A stretch of 32,000 bases of DNA from Candidatus Saccharimonadota bacterium (GTDB taxonomy: Bacteria > Bacteroidota > Bacteroidia > Cytophagales > Amoebophilaceae): NCBI RefSeq assembly GCF_003351905.1, contig NZ_CP022339.1, forward strand, positions 720,001 to 752,000, in the 5' to 3' direction. A program made the position numbers and the translations under genes. A model generated the notes under the pieces. The model saw nothing but the letters and a program-made list of their open reading frames with translations, had not been told where the DNA came from and ran no database searches. Shown piece by piece: positions 1-9,385 of the stretch; positions within the stretch are counted from its first letter, which is position 1, and each line of letters begins with the position of its first letter.

Positions 1-12
1 ACCGATTACACG

Positions 13-1524
13 ATGGTGTCGTTTTCTTTCTCTTTCTTATTGGTATTTGCCTTTTTATTATTGACCCTAGTGGTAGGTCTAATGGGCAGAAAAGCAACCA
101 CATTTCGAGAATATGCTGTGGATAATAAACGATTGTCTACGGTTAAATTATTGGCTACGCTGCTAGGTACTTCTTTTTGTGGATTAACGTTTGTATATCC
201 TGTACAAACCTGTTATAGCCTTGGCATTCGTAAAATGCTTCCTTCCATTATTGATGCGACTTCTTTGTGGATCACTAGTATGTTTTGGGTGCGTATGGCG
301 CCATTCATGGCACATCGTTCTATTGCTGAGACGATAGGTAGCATATATGGTACCTATCCAAGAATTATTGTTGCGTTACTCTCTATTTGCAATGCTATTT
401 TTAAGGTTACGTTTCAAATTAATGTAATATCTTCTATTGTGAGCACCTCTATGGATGCAATACATCCTGATATCATAGCTGTGTTGGCCGCTTTGGTGCT
501 GATTGCCTATGCTACTTTGGGAGGTATTCGTGCGATTACCAATACCGATGTGCTCCAATTTATCACTTTTGTGGCTATTGTTTTTTTGCTTGCTAAACTT
601 ATGTTTGTAAAAACAGGTAAATCTGTTTTAGAAATGGTATCTTTTTTACAAAAACAAGAAAATTTTAAACTCAGTAGTCTCTGCCAATCAAATGGGCAGT
701 TATTGAATTTGTTGCTATCCATTCCATACTGTTTTTTGGCGTTGAGTGGTCCCTCAGTTATACAGAGGGTCTATATGTGTGCTAGTCCCATTCAAGTCAG
801 AAAAGTTTTTTTGTATGGCAGTTTTTTTTATGTCCTCATAGGGTTATCCATCTCTCTTATTGGCCTGTTTGTTTTTGTAGGCAACCCAACGTTAACGGTA
901 AAAGAAATTTGGCCTTATATCATAACGGGTATGCCCCCTTTTTTAAAAGTATCTATTGTCGTTTGTGTATTAGGCATGGCTATGTCTACAGCTGATTCTG
1001 AGTTACATCTTTGTTCTATTCTTGTTGTTCATGATTTGAGAGAAAGTATTCGAGGCATAAAGTCCGTATCTGATGTCCATCAGATACGGATGGCTAAATG
1101 GGCTTTATTAATTTGTGGTCTATTGGCTATGATGGCAGCTATTGATTACAATGCCCTATTTATAGATGATCTATTCAAGACTTTGTCTAAAATGGCCTTT
1201 TATACCACTACATTTTTTGGGTGTATGGTGCCTCCTCTTTTTATCTTATCTGTTTTTGGTTTTAGGAGTAGTTCCCCTACGGCGTTGATTGGAATGGCTG
1301 CAGGTCTATTGGCTAGTTTGGTTTGTATACAGTTGGGATATAAGGTAGGATTTATTCCTTATATAGTTGGGGCAGTAGCCAATATCTTGGGTATGATGGC
1401 TATACACTATCTGCTGCCACAACCAGCTGGCATGGGGTGGGTTGGACTAGATCCGCAACAAAAACGGTTGCAGCAACTTGCTGACGTGTTTCGGAAATTT
1501 AAAAAAAGGATTGACATAGAATAA
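13..1524 (+). CDS. sodium:solute symporter (SSS) family transporter
   Basis: 503-aa ORF with about 12-13 hydrophobic helices. The segment GGIRAITNTDVLQF resembles the SSS-family GG..A..TD..Q signature. Confidence 0.7.
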   Translation: MVSFSFSFLLVFAFLLLTLVVGLMGRKATTFREYAVDNKRLSTVKLLATLLGTSFCGLTFVYPVQTCYSLGIRKMLPSIIDATSLWITSMFWVRMAPFMAHRSIAETIGSIYGTYPRIIVALLSICNAIFKVTFQINVISSIVSTSMDAIHPDIIAVLAALVLIAYATLGGIRAITNTDVLQFITFVAIVFLLAKLMFVKTGKSVLEMVSFLQKQENFKLSSLCQSNGQLLNLLLSIPYCFLALSGPSVIQRVYMCASPIQVRKVFLYGSFFYVLIGLSISLIGLFVFVGNPTLTVKEIWPYIITGMPPFLKVSIVVCVLGMAMSTADSELHLCSILVVHDLRESIRGIKSVSDVHQIRMAKWALLICGLLAMMAAIDYNALFIDDLFKTLSKMAFYTTTFFGCMVPPLFILSVFGFRSSSPTALIGMAAGLLASLVCIQLGYKVGFIPYIVGAVANILGMMAIHYLLPQPAGMGWVGLDPQQKRLQQLADVFRKFKKRIDIE

Positions 1525-1546
1525 GAGCGTGACATCACGCTCTTAT
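1521..1546 (+). terminator. perfect 12-bp-arm palindrome overlapping the transporter stop codon (possible terminator or mRNA 3' stabiliser)
   Basis: ATAAGAGCGTGA-CA-TCACGCTCTTAT. The TAA stop (1522-1524) lies in the 5' arm. No clear T-run follows. Confidence 0.4.
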
Positions 1547-1597
1547 CTCGTTCTCGTATCAAGTCTGTGATACCTAGAGGTGGTTACACTACTGGTA

Positions 1598-1670
1598 TGT
1601 ATTCAGCGCGATGGGTTTTTTGTCCGCTTCTTTATCAAGAAAAAAATGGGATAAAATGCATTATGAACCA
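1598..1670 (+). repeat. TGTTCA-core modular intergenic repeat (MITE/REP-like), copy 1
   Basis: tgtattcagcgcgatgggttttttt plus hairpin module ccgcttctttATCAAGaaaaaaatggg plus ataaaatgc. Aligns with the copies at 5714-5835 and 14607-14767. Confidence 0.5.
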
Positions 1671-1727
1671 ATGGTGAGAATAGATACTTTTGTTTGACAA
1701 TCAATAAAATATATTTCTTAAGCTGAC

Positions 1728-1790
1728 ACCATTGCGTGAACGGATACAAAAAATTTGCTTATTAACAGTACGTGAATAGACACCGCTGTT
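1728..1790 (-). repeat. inverted partial copy of the same repeat family
   Basis: The reverse complement reads gcaaattttttgtatccgttcacgc, matching aaattttttgtatctgttcccga at 18188-18210. cgtgaatagacaccgctg mirrors 1593-1612. Confidence 0.35.
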
Positions 1791-1834
1791 GTCCGATGAA
1801 GTTTAAACCTAATAAGTGGCTATTTGCGCATTAT

Positions 1835-3145
1835 TTAATGCTTCATACACATCTTAACTATCAATTCTTTAAATTGATTCCCTCTATCTTCAAAATTTTT
1901 AAATAGATCAAAGCTTGCACATGCAGGAGATAAGAGGATCACTTCCCTCGGAAGTGCTATAGATAACGCCTTATCTATGGCTGAAGATAGATTATGGGTC
2001 TCTTGTATCGGTAGACCTAGGGGATGAAACGCTTTGATCATGGCACTATTCTCTTTTCCTAAACAGATGATGGCCTTTACCCGTTTTTGTACAATGGGCA
2101 GTAGGGGGCAATAGTTGTTGCCTTTGTCTATGCCACCTGCTATCCAGATAATAGGTTGGCTAAAGCTAACCAATGCAGCGATGGTAGAGGCTACATTGGT
2201 CGATTTTGAGTCATTATAGCAGTTTATGCCTTGCGGGGCGCCACACCATTCCAGTCGATGGGGTAGGCCACGAAACTTGGGTAAAGCAGTAGCGATGATC
2301 GAAGTAGGTACGCCTGCTAATGCTGCTGCTGTAACAGCAGTCATCGCGTTATATTGATTATGCCTACCTAGTAAACCTATCTGTTGCTGGCTAATAGACA
2401 AAGCATAGCGCTGCCCATTTAAGTAGAACCGACCATTGCTAAGAGGGGATATAGGATGTAGTTGAGGAAGTAGTTGCGCTTTGGGAAGGTATTGCGTAGT
2501 GAGTGGATCGGATGTATGGTAAATAAAGTGGTCTAATGGGGTCATATTCCGCAATATATTTAATTTAGTCTGGGCATAGGCCTCTACAGAACCATGGTAT
2601 CTATCCAAGTGGTCAGGTGTAATGTTTAATAAACAAGCAATATCTGGCTTAAAGTCTTGGATTGCTTCCAGTTGAAAGCTAGAAAGCTCTAGTACATAGT
2701 GGTCATAGGCGGATTGTGTGATGCATTTGGCAAAGCTATACCCTATATTCCCGGCTAAAGCTACATGGAGGCCTGCTGCATGGAGCAAATGGTAAATCAA
2801 ATGCACTGTGGTACTTTTTCCATTTGAACCCGTTACGGCTATAATTTTTCCCTTTGCATAGCGTGCTGCAAACGCTATTTCGTCTATGATGGGCATAGAA
2901 TGGAGCTTTCTGATGATCGTAGCTTCATGGGGTATACCCGGGCTTTTGATGACCTCATCAGCCGATGCGATTTTTTCTATTGTGTGACCTCCTTCTTCAA
3001 ATGGAATTTGATGGGTGTATAGTAGTTGTTTGTAGCCCGTTTGAATGATGCCCGCATCAGAAACGAAAACATCTATACCCTGTTGTTTGGCTAAGAGGGC
3101 TGCACCTGTGCCGCTTTCTCCTCCACCTAGTACCACTAATCGCAT
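1835..3145 (-). CDS. murD: UDP-N-acetylmuramoylalanine--D-glutamate ligase
   Basis: 436 aa. N-terminal Rossmann-type VLGGGESGTGAA, Mur-ligase P-loop GSNGKSTT, and MurD-like length and order throughout. Confidence 0.9.
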   Translation of the reverse strand: MRLVVLGGGESGTGAALLAKQQGIDVFVSDAGIIQTGYKQLLYTHQIPFEEGGHTIEKIASADEVIKSPGIPHEATIIRKLHSMPIIDEIAFAARYAKGKIIAVTGSNGKSTTVHLIYHLLHAAGLHVALAGNIGYSFAKCITQSAYDHYVLELSSFQLEAIQDFKPDIACLLNITPDHLDRYHGSVEAYAQTKLNILRNMTPLDHFIYHTSDPLTTQYLPKAQLLPQLHPISPLSNGRFYLNGQRYALSISQQQIGLLGRHNQYNAMTAVTAAALAGVPTSIIATALPKFRGLPHRLEWCGAPQGINCYNDSKSTNVASTIAALVSFSQPIIWIAGGIDKGNNYCPLLPIVQKRVKAIICLGKENSAMIKAFHPLGLPIQETHNLSSAIDKALSIALPREVILLSPACASFDLFKNFEDRGNQFKELIVKMCMKH

Positions 3146-3151
3146 CGTTGC

Positions 3152-3862
3152 TTAGTTGATATCTTTTGTTTTTTGACCTATGATATAGGTTGTATACCCA
3201 TAAACGACTAAAAGCGTACCAATCGTTAGTATGGTACGCGTTACAATAGTTAAACTATTAATAGTTAAAGCTAATCTAGTGTCTAATGTAAGATAGATGA
3301 TAGATGTAGCACATAAGTTATGGAGTCCATGGGCGATAATAGGGTAGATAATATGGTTGGTTTGGTGGTATAGGTAGCTCAAAAAGCATCCCATAACAAA
3401 ATACAATAGGTTATTGCTCATATTACAGTGCATGAAGCTAAAAGCTAGCGCACTGATCATGGTGATCCATAATCTACTTGGCGTAATTTTGCGCAGTAGC
3501 TGCTCTAAAACACCTCGGAAGAGCAGTTCTTCTAAAATGGCCGCTAGACAGGTTATTTCTACAATACCGCGGCATACAAAATCGATGCTATTATTAAAGT
3601 CTAATGCAGGTTGCAAGCTAGGGTGGCCTAATGTTTTTTGAATGCTGCTGAGTAGTATTAAGGCAAACGTCATCATGAGTTGTACCAATATGGTATCAAT
3701 GGCCCATCTATAGCGATGCGCGCATGGCTTTGTTACACCCTTTCTCCCTTGTTTGGCTTGTAGGTGTAGATAGTAGCGCCAAGCAATACAACAAATAATG
3801 ATGCGTACCATACAGTGCTTCAGTGTAGCGTGGTTCAAGTAATGAGTTGGTTGCATCAGCAT
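3152..3862 (-). CDS. CPBP-family (CAAX-type) intramembrane metalloprotease
   Basis: Polytopic membrane ORF carrying the three CPBP motifs: EELLFRG (EExxxR), FSFMH (FxxxH) and AHGLHN (HxxxN). Its stop lies 6 bp upstream of the murD start, so it is probably co-transcribed. Confidence 0.75.
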   Translation of the reverse strand: MLMQPTHYLNHATLKHCMVRIIICCIAWRYYLHLQAKQGRKGVTKPCAHRYRWAIDTILVQLMMTFALILLSSIQKTLGHPSLQPALDFNNSIDFVCRGIVEITCLAAILEELLFRGVLEQLLRKITPSRLWITMISALAFSFMHCNMSNNLLYFVMGCFLSYLYHQTNHIIYPIIAHGLHNLCATSIIYLTLDTRLALTINSLTIVTRTILTIGTLLVVYGYTTYIIGQKTKDIN

Positions 3863-3907
3863 TCCTATGTTTTTTACGTATATTTTGGTTGAGTAAAGAT
3901 ATAAAAA

Positions 3908-4930
3908 ATGAAGGATGATCTGATCAATGCCCCGTTCGGTGTGCTAAAAAAGCCAGAAGAACAGCTAGATAAAGCCTTACGTCCACTGCAATTCAATGAC
4001 TTTTTTGGGCAAGAAAAGCTCGTGCAAAATATTCAAGTATTTGTAGCAGCGGCTAAAAAAAGAAAAGAAGCGTTGGACCATGTATTATTGCATGGTCCAC
4101 CTGGTTTAGGTAAGACAACGCTGGCCTATATTATTGCTTGTGAACTGCATACCAATATAAAAGTTACATCTGGTCCTGTATTGGATAAACCGGGCGATTT
4201 AGCGGGTCTGTTGACTAGTTTAGAACCCACTAATGTACTTTTTATAGATGAGATCCATCGGCTGAATCCCGTAGTGGAAGAATACCTCTATACAGCTATG
4301 GAGGATTTTAAAATAGATATTATGTTGGATTCAGGCCCTAATGCGCGTAGTGTGCAGTTGGCGCTTCAACCCTTTACTTTAATTGGGGCTACCACTCGAT
4401 CGGGTTTGTTAACGGCACCGTTACGGGCCCGTTTTGGCATTAATGCGCGTCTAGACTATTACCATGCTAGTTTATTGACCAAAATCGTTCAGCGTGCCAG
4501 TAGCATATGGGGCACACCTATTGACCAAGAAGCTGCCTATGAAATTGCAAGGCGTAGCCGAGGCACGCCACGTATAGCCAATAATCTCCTGAAACGTACA
4601 CGGGATTTTGCTCAGGTTAAAGGGGATGGACGCATTACCAAGGAGGTGGTTGCATTCAGTTTAGCCGCTTTGAATGTGGATGCACATGGACTAGATGAAA
4701 TGGACAAACGTATTCTTACCAATATTATTGAAAAATTCAAGGGTGGCCCTGTAGGGCTTACCACTATTGCAACCGCTTGCTTGGAGGAAGCAGAAACCAT
4801 AGAAGAAGTATATGAACCATTTCTGATTCAAGAAGGATATATCAAACGCACCCCACGTGGCAGGGTGGCAACCGAGGCAGCTTATAAGCATTTGGGGTTG
4901 CCTTATACGGCTGATCTTTTCGATAAATAA
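3908..4930 (+). CDS. ruvB: Holliday junction branch-migration ATPase RuvB
   Basis: 340 aa with LRP..F.DF.GQ, Walker [10 protein letters not shown], Walker B FIDEIHR and sensor motifs. Canonical RuvB. Confidence 0.95.
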   Translation: MKDDLINAPFGVLKKPEEQLDKALRPLQFNDFFGQEKLVQNIQVFVAAAKKRKEALDHVLLHGPPGLGKTTLAYIIACELHTNIKVTSGPVLDKPGDLAGLLTSLEPTNVLFIDEIHRLNPVVEEYLYTAMEDFKIDIMLDSGPNARSVQLALQPFTLIGATTRSGLLTAPLRARFGINARLDYYHASLLTKIVQRASSIWGTPIDQEAAYEIARRSRGTPRIANNLLKRTRDFAQVKGDGRITKEVVAFSLAALNVDAHGLDEMDKRILTNIIEKFKGGPVGLTTIATACLEEAETIEEVYEPFLIQEGYIKRTPRGRVATEAAYKHLGLPYTADLFDK

Positions 4931-4942
4931 TGAAATAATACC

Positions 4943-5683
4943 ATGGCAGGACATAGTAAATGGTCTAATATCAAACGTAAAAAGGGTGTCAATGACGCAA
5001 AAAAAAGTAAGATTTTTACAAAACTGGTTAAGGAGATAACTGTAGCAGCCAGAAGTGGGGGAGAGGAACTTAATCCACGGTTGCGTTTGGCAATTCAAAA
5101 TGCCAAAGGGGCGAATATGCCTAAAGACGCAATTCTTCGTGCCATTAGTAAGGCTAGTGGGCATGAGGCAGCGGCTTATCAGGAAGTGACCTATGAGGGG
5201 TATGGCACACATGGTGTGGCCATCATGGTAGTCTGTATGACGGATAAAATCATTAGAACAGTAGCGAATGTGCGGGCTATTTTTACAAAATATGGCGGCA
5301 GTTTAGAAAAAAATGGTTCGATTACTTTTTTGTTTGACTACAAAGGGGTCTTTACGCTTCCTACCGCTGATATTAAAGATCAGGATGCCTTTGCCTTAGC
5401 GTTGATAGATGCAGGCGCAGAAGCATTAGAAAATGATGAAGACGCTACCCATGTGATTTGCGCGATAGAAGACTTTGGGAGAGTACAAAAATACTTCGAG
5501 AAGCTTGCTATTGCACCAACTGCTGCGGGTTTAGAATATATTCCTCACACCTTTGTACAGGTAAGTGATGCAGCATTGCTTAAACTGGTAAAGTTGATAG
5601 ATGCATTAAGGGATGATGATGATGTGCAAAAGGTCTACCATAATATTGATATCCAACCAGAACAAGAGGATTTATTGGGGTAG
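4943..5683 (+). CDS. yebC: YebC/PmpR-family transcriptional regulator
   Basis: 246 aa. The N-terminus MAGHSKWSNIKRKKG is the diagnostic YebC start. Confidence 0.9.
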   Translation: MAGHSKWSNIKRKKGVNDAKKSKIFTKLVKEITVAARSGGEELNPRLRLAIQNAKGANMPKDAILRAISKASGHEAAAYQEVTYEGYGTHGVAIMVVCMTDKIIRTVANVRAIFTKYGGSLEKNGSITFLFDYKGVFTLPTADIKDQDAFALALIDAGAEALENDEDATHVICAIEDFGRVQKYFEKLAIAPTAAGLEYIPHTFVQVSDAALLKLVKLIDALRDDDDVQKVYHNIDIQPEQEDLLG

Positions 5684-5713
5684 TGGTTACCTTGGTTGAT
5701 ATGGTTAATCAGT

Positions 5714-5835
5714 GTGTGTTCAGCGAAGTGGTAATAAAAAGTATCTGTTCCAGTCACTGGTTTTTTGCTTACTTTTTGATCAAGCAAAAAGTAGGATAAA
5801 AATTCCTTTTTCACTACTAGCCTGAACAAATATTG
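5714..5835 (+). repeat. TGTTCA-core modular repeat, copy 2 (MITE-like)
   Basis: tgttcagcgaagtgg ... gtatctgttccagtcactggttttttg plus hairpin cttactttttgATCAAGcaaaaagtagg, ending in inverted cctgaaca. Flanked by an imperfect 9-mer: ttaatcagt (5705-5713) and ctaatcatt (5836-5844). Confidence 0.6.
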
Positions 5836-5902
5836 CTAATCATTCTTTTATAAGTTGCGTACACTGTAGCAACCGTTTGTATGGCGTGAAAACTGAACAG
5901 CA

Positions 5903-6766
5903 CTAATTTTCCATGCATCCTTCGCTTGGGTTATCTGTTTCTATCATATGGATATAGATTGTTATTAATTTGTATGAAGATTGCTCTGGGGGAGTATACT
6001 TAACAATATAAGCATTTTCTTTTTTATTGAAATAAGTAATTATCTTTTTGACTTTCTCTGTATGAAGTCCTCCTTGATCATTTGTTTGAACTTGCTCTAC
6101 TTTTTTTGCATGTTTTTGACAAAATTTATTTTGTTTTATTAAAGGCATATAGGGTATTTTTAGGCTGGGTCTATTTTCCTTAGGGTGGAACATCATATGG
6201 TAGATTGTGGGTTTAGGATTACTAGTGTCAATGCCGATTGCAATGGTTCCGTCACGGTATACTTCTTTTGGTTTATTTTTCTGTTTAGGGAGCAATACTA
6301 AACTTGCTCGAGCGCATCTGCCTTGTGGTGTCTTGATGAAGTATTGATCATGATATTGTCCATTTAGTAAATCAACTACACCAGGCATATAATGGAATGC
6401 GTGTTGGGTCCATACTTGTTCATCTAGTAGGTGTGCATATGTGAGGGTGCCATTGTCTGAAAATCCTCTAATGGTATGAAGCTCGATCTTGTTATTTAGC
6501 CATCGCTTCACTCTACGTAAGAAGCGATAGCTGGTGGTTTCTTCTTCCTTGGTTGGCTTTTCCTTTTCTTGGGATAGGTTCGTGGGTGTTATATCTGGTA
6601 CAGTAGCAATGGATTTGGTATCGGTCACACGGGTAGAGACTATGTCGGAATAAAGCTTCACAGTCATCTGGTAGGAAGAACGTAGGTTGTTGCAGGAGAG
6701 GATGGGAGCGATGAAAAGAGTGCCTAAGTATAGCAATATGATGATCATATAAATTCCTAAAAACAA
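5903..6766 (-). CDS. hypothetical protein, probable lipoprotein or membrane-anchored (orphan)
   Basis: 287-aa ORF. TTG start at 6766 or ATG at 6748. Hydrophobic leader ending in the lipobox-like ILSC. No family recognised. Lower GC than its neighbours. Confidence 0.55.
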   Translation of the reverse strand: MFLGIYMIIILLYLGTLFIAPILSCNNLRSSYQMTVKLYSDIVSTRVTDTKSIATVPDITPTNLSQEKEKPTKEEETTSYRFLRRVKRWLNNKIELHTIRGFSDNGTLTYAHLLDEQVWTQHAFHYMPGVVDLLNGQYHDQYFIKTPQGRCARASLVLLPKQKNKPKEVYRDGTIAIGIDTSNPKPTIYHMMFHPKENRPSLKIPYMPLIKQNKFCQKHAKKVEQVQTNDQGGLHTEKVKKIITYFNKKENAYIVKYTPPEQSSYKLITIYIHMIETDNPSEGCMEN

Positions 6767-6936
6767 GAAAAAATGTCCTGTATAATACAGCTTCGATCAG
6801 AAAGCGCACCTGATAGGATACCTTTCAGGTGTTCAGTATCAATAAGAGGCCCTCATCTTATTAAATTTTACTCAATTTTGCAAGTGGTCTATTCCAATTG
6901 TCTCTTTTCTTATAGACCTTGCGTGGCTCATTTGGG

Positions 6937-9354
6937 TTAGATTGGATCTACATCTAATATTATTTTTATTTTTCTATAGGGTCCTCTGCCTAGTGCATAG
7001 CTGCAGGCGTTTTTTAATGTTTCTTTGGTCTGTTGCAGGCTATTTACATTCTTACTGGTTATTTTTAAAAATAGATCTAGTAAAAAATGATTTCTAACTT
7101 TGCCCACTAATGGTGGTTGAGGGCCTAATACCTTACCCTCAAATTTTTTGTCTAGTATTTTTTTTAATACCATGGCCCCTGATTGCAGGGTAGCAGCGTG
7201 CACACAACTTAAGTTTAGTTTAATGAGCCTAATATAGGGAGGGTACAAAAAGCGCTTTCTTTCTATCAACTCAGCGCTATACATTCCTTCGTAATCACCA
7301 TTGGCTAAGTAGTGGAATAAAGGATGTTGCGTCTGCCTCGTTTGAATGAATACACTGCCTTGTTGGTTGCGTCTACCTGCTCTTCCCGCCAACTGTGTAA
7401 TCAGTTGAAAACATTTTTCATTGGATCTAAAATCAGGAAAGTAGAGTAAGCCATCTATGTCTAATATTCCTATAAGCCGTATATTGGCAAAATCCAATCC
7501 TTTGGCCATCATTTGTGTGCCTACTAAAATATCTATTGTTCCTGAAGTGACCGCTTGTAAAATAGATTGGTAACTATGTTTCCCTTTTGTGCTATCCAAA
7601 TCCATGCGGCCTATCTTTTGTTCGGGAAAGATCAGCTGTAAACTTTCTTCTAGTTTTTCTGTGCCAAAGCCTATGCTATATAGCTGCTGACTGCCGCAAT
7701 GGTTGCATGCGCCAAAAGGAGGCGTTGCATAATCACAATAATGGCAGCGCAATTGATGGTCTGTTTGATGGTAGGTAAGGCTTACTGCGCAGGTGAGGCA
7801 ACGGGGAATCCACCCGCAAGCGGCACATAAAAAATATTGCGCATAGCCTCTTCTGTTTTGAAAAATCATGGCTTGACCACCTTCCATACTATTCTTTTGA
7901 AGTTGAGCTAGTAAGGTAAGCGAAAAAATTTCTCGCATGGCTTTGCGTTTTTTTTCTATGTTCAGGTCAATAAAAAATAATTTGGGACGACTGGCTGCGC
8001 CAAACCTATGATCTAACCTAACCAGGCCATATTTCCCAGTTTGGGCATTATAATAGCTTTCTATAGAGGGTGTACCTGAACCCAGTAAAACCTTGGCTTG
8101 ATGTTGTTGAGCCAATAGGATGCTACTGTCTCGTGCATGGTAGGTAGGCATGGCATCGCTCTGTTTATAGGCAGGATCGTGTTCTTCGTCTACAATGATG
8201 AGTTGTAGTGCCTTAAAGGGTAGTAAGAGTGCAGAACGGGTTCCTATCACTACCAATGCGGTTTGGTGGAGTAGGTGAGCCCATGTCTTGAAACGTTCTT
8301 GATGCGACTGTTTGGAGTGGTGTACTACCAGCCATGTGCCAAAAAAAGGTCTGATACGTTCTACTATATGGGTTACTAAGCCTATTTCTGGTACCAGTAG
8401 TAACACTTGTTTTTGTTCCAGCAGGGCGGATGTAATCAGATGCATATACAACTCTGTTTTTCCGCTTCCTATTGCACCATGTAAGAGTACCGCTGTTTTT
8501 TCAATAAACTGTTTTTGAATCTCTATAAGTGCATTTTTTTGAAAGGTAGTTAACGTGGTCAGTGGGGTTAAAGGGGCAGTAAAAATAGATACGGGCGATT
8601 GGTTTAGATGCGTTAAAATCCCCTTTTTATATAAAATATAAAAAGCCGATTTAGAATAAGTTAAAAGTTCTTTTTTAGAAGCATATGGGGTCTGGTTTTC
8701 TCTATCAGGTAAAAAATGGGCTAAAAGGGCTTGTTGTTTCGGTGCGCGGGGGGCTAACTTGGCAATGGTACAGGCGTCTAGACGGAGGTTAGGCGCCAGG
8801 GTAAAGTAGGGGTTGTCATCATCTATTCGATCGATTATGTTCATGGAAACGGTCTCTATCAATCTTTGGGAGAGTAAAGATATCAACGCTTGATTCGCTT
8901 CTTTGGGTGTCGTTAATTGGATAATAGTATGATAAGATAAAGGTTGGTGTTGTAGTGCAGTAAGGATTGCTGCTTCGATAGCAGACGTTTGGTTGGGGGA
9001 AATGACTTTATTGATTTGAAAGATGACCTGGTTAGGAAAGTTCAGGACTTTGGGCCATGCCAGTGCCAAGGTTTCACCCAGACTGGATAGATAGTAATCC
9101 GCTATCCATGCTAGAAAATTCAGTTGCTGAGGGGTAAATAAGGGCGCTTTGTAGATTACGCCCAATAAATCCTTTGTAGGGTAAGTAGGTGCTTTATGAT
9201 GGCATCTAAGCACAATACCCAGTAATAGTTTTCCGTTACGTAATGGTACGAGTAGGCTACTCCCTATGCCTACCACACCCTGGTATAGCGAGGGAATATG
9301 GTAGGTTAAAGGTTTAATGGGAAGTGGTAATATAACATCTGCAAATGGTTTCAA
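6937..9354 (-). CDS. priA: primosomal replication-restart helicase PriA
   Basis: 805 aa with Walker A GAIGSGKTE, a DEEH box (IVDEEHD) and the Cys-rich zinc-binding insertion CAACGW..CLTC..CHYC..CNHCG. Confidence 0.92.
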   Translation of the reverse strand: MKPFADVILPLPIKPLTYHIPSLYQGVVGIGSSLLVPLRNGKLLLGIVLRCHHKAPTYPTKDLLGVIYKAPLFTPQQLNFLAWIADYYLSSLGETLALAWPKVLNFPNQVIFQINKVISPNQTSAIEAAILTALQHQPLSYHTIIQLTTPKEANQALISLLSQRLIETVSMNIIDRIDDDNPYFTLAPNLRLDACTIAKLAPRAPKQQALLAHFLPDRENQTPYASKKELLTYSKSAFYILYKKGILTHLNQSPVSIFTAPLTPLTTLTTFQKNALIEIQKQFIEKTAVLLHGAIGSGKTELYMHLITSALLEQKQVLLLVPEIGLVTHIVERIRPFFGTWLVVHHSKQSHQERFKTWAHLLHQTALVVIGTRSALLLPFKALQLIIVDEEHDPAYKQSDAMPTYHARDSSILLAQQHQAKVLLGSGTPSIESYYNAQTGKYGLVRLDHRFGAASRPKLFFIDLNIEKKRKAMREIFSLTLLAQLQKNSMEGGQAMIFQNRRGYAQYFLCAACGWIPRCLTCAVSLTYHQTDHQLRCHYCDYATPPFGACNHCGSQQLYSIGFGTEKLEESLQLIFPEQKIGRMDLDSTKGKHSYQSILQAVTSGTIDILVGTQMMAKGLDFANIRLIGILDIDGLLYFPDFRSNEKCFQLITQLAGRAGRRNQQGSVFIQTRQTQHPLFHYLANGDYEGMYSAELIERKRFLYPPYIRLIKLNLSCVHAATLQSGAMVLKKILDKKFEGKVLGPQPPLVGKVRNHFLLDLFLKITSKNVNSLQQTKETLKNACSYALGRGPYRKIKIILDVDPI

Positions 9355-9385
9355 GCGTCATGCATGTTTTAGAAAGTAATGTTTG

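Noticed and set aside
3863-3907. Attempted call of Bacteroidota-type promoter elements (TAnnTTTG) in the 45-bp divergent CPBP/ruvB spacer and in 10190-10378
   Set aside because: The spacers contain AT-rich near-matches such as TATATTTTGG, but none fits the consensus exactly and I cannot score them without a model. They are not reported as features.
6513-6809. 98-aa minus-strand ORF overlapping the 5' part of the 287-aa gene
   Set aside because: It is an alternative frame of the longer ORF. The longer frame has a coherent signal peptide and a continuous open frame.
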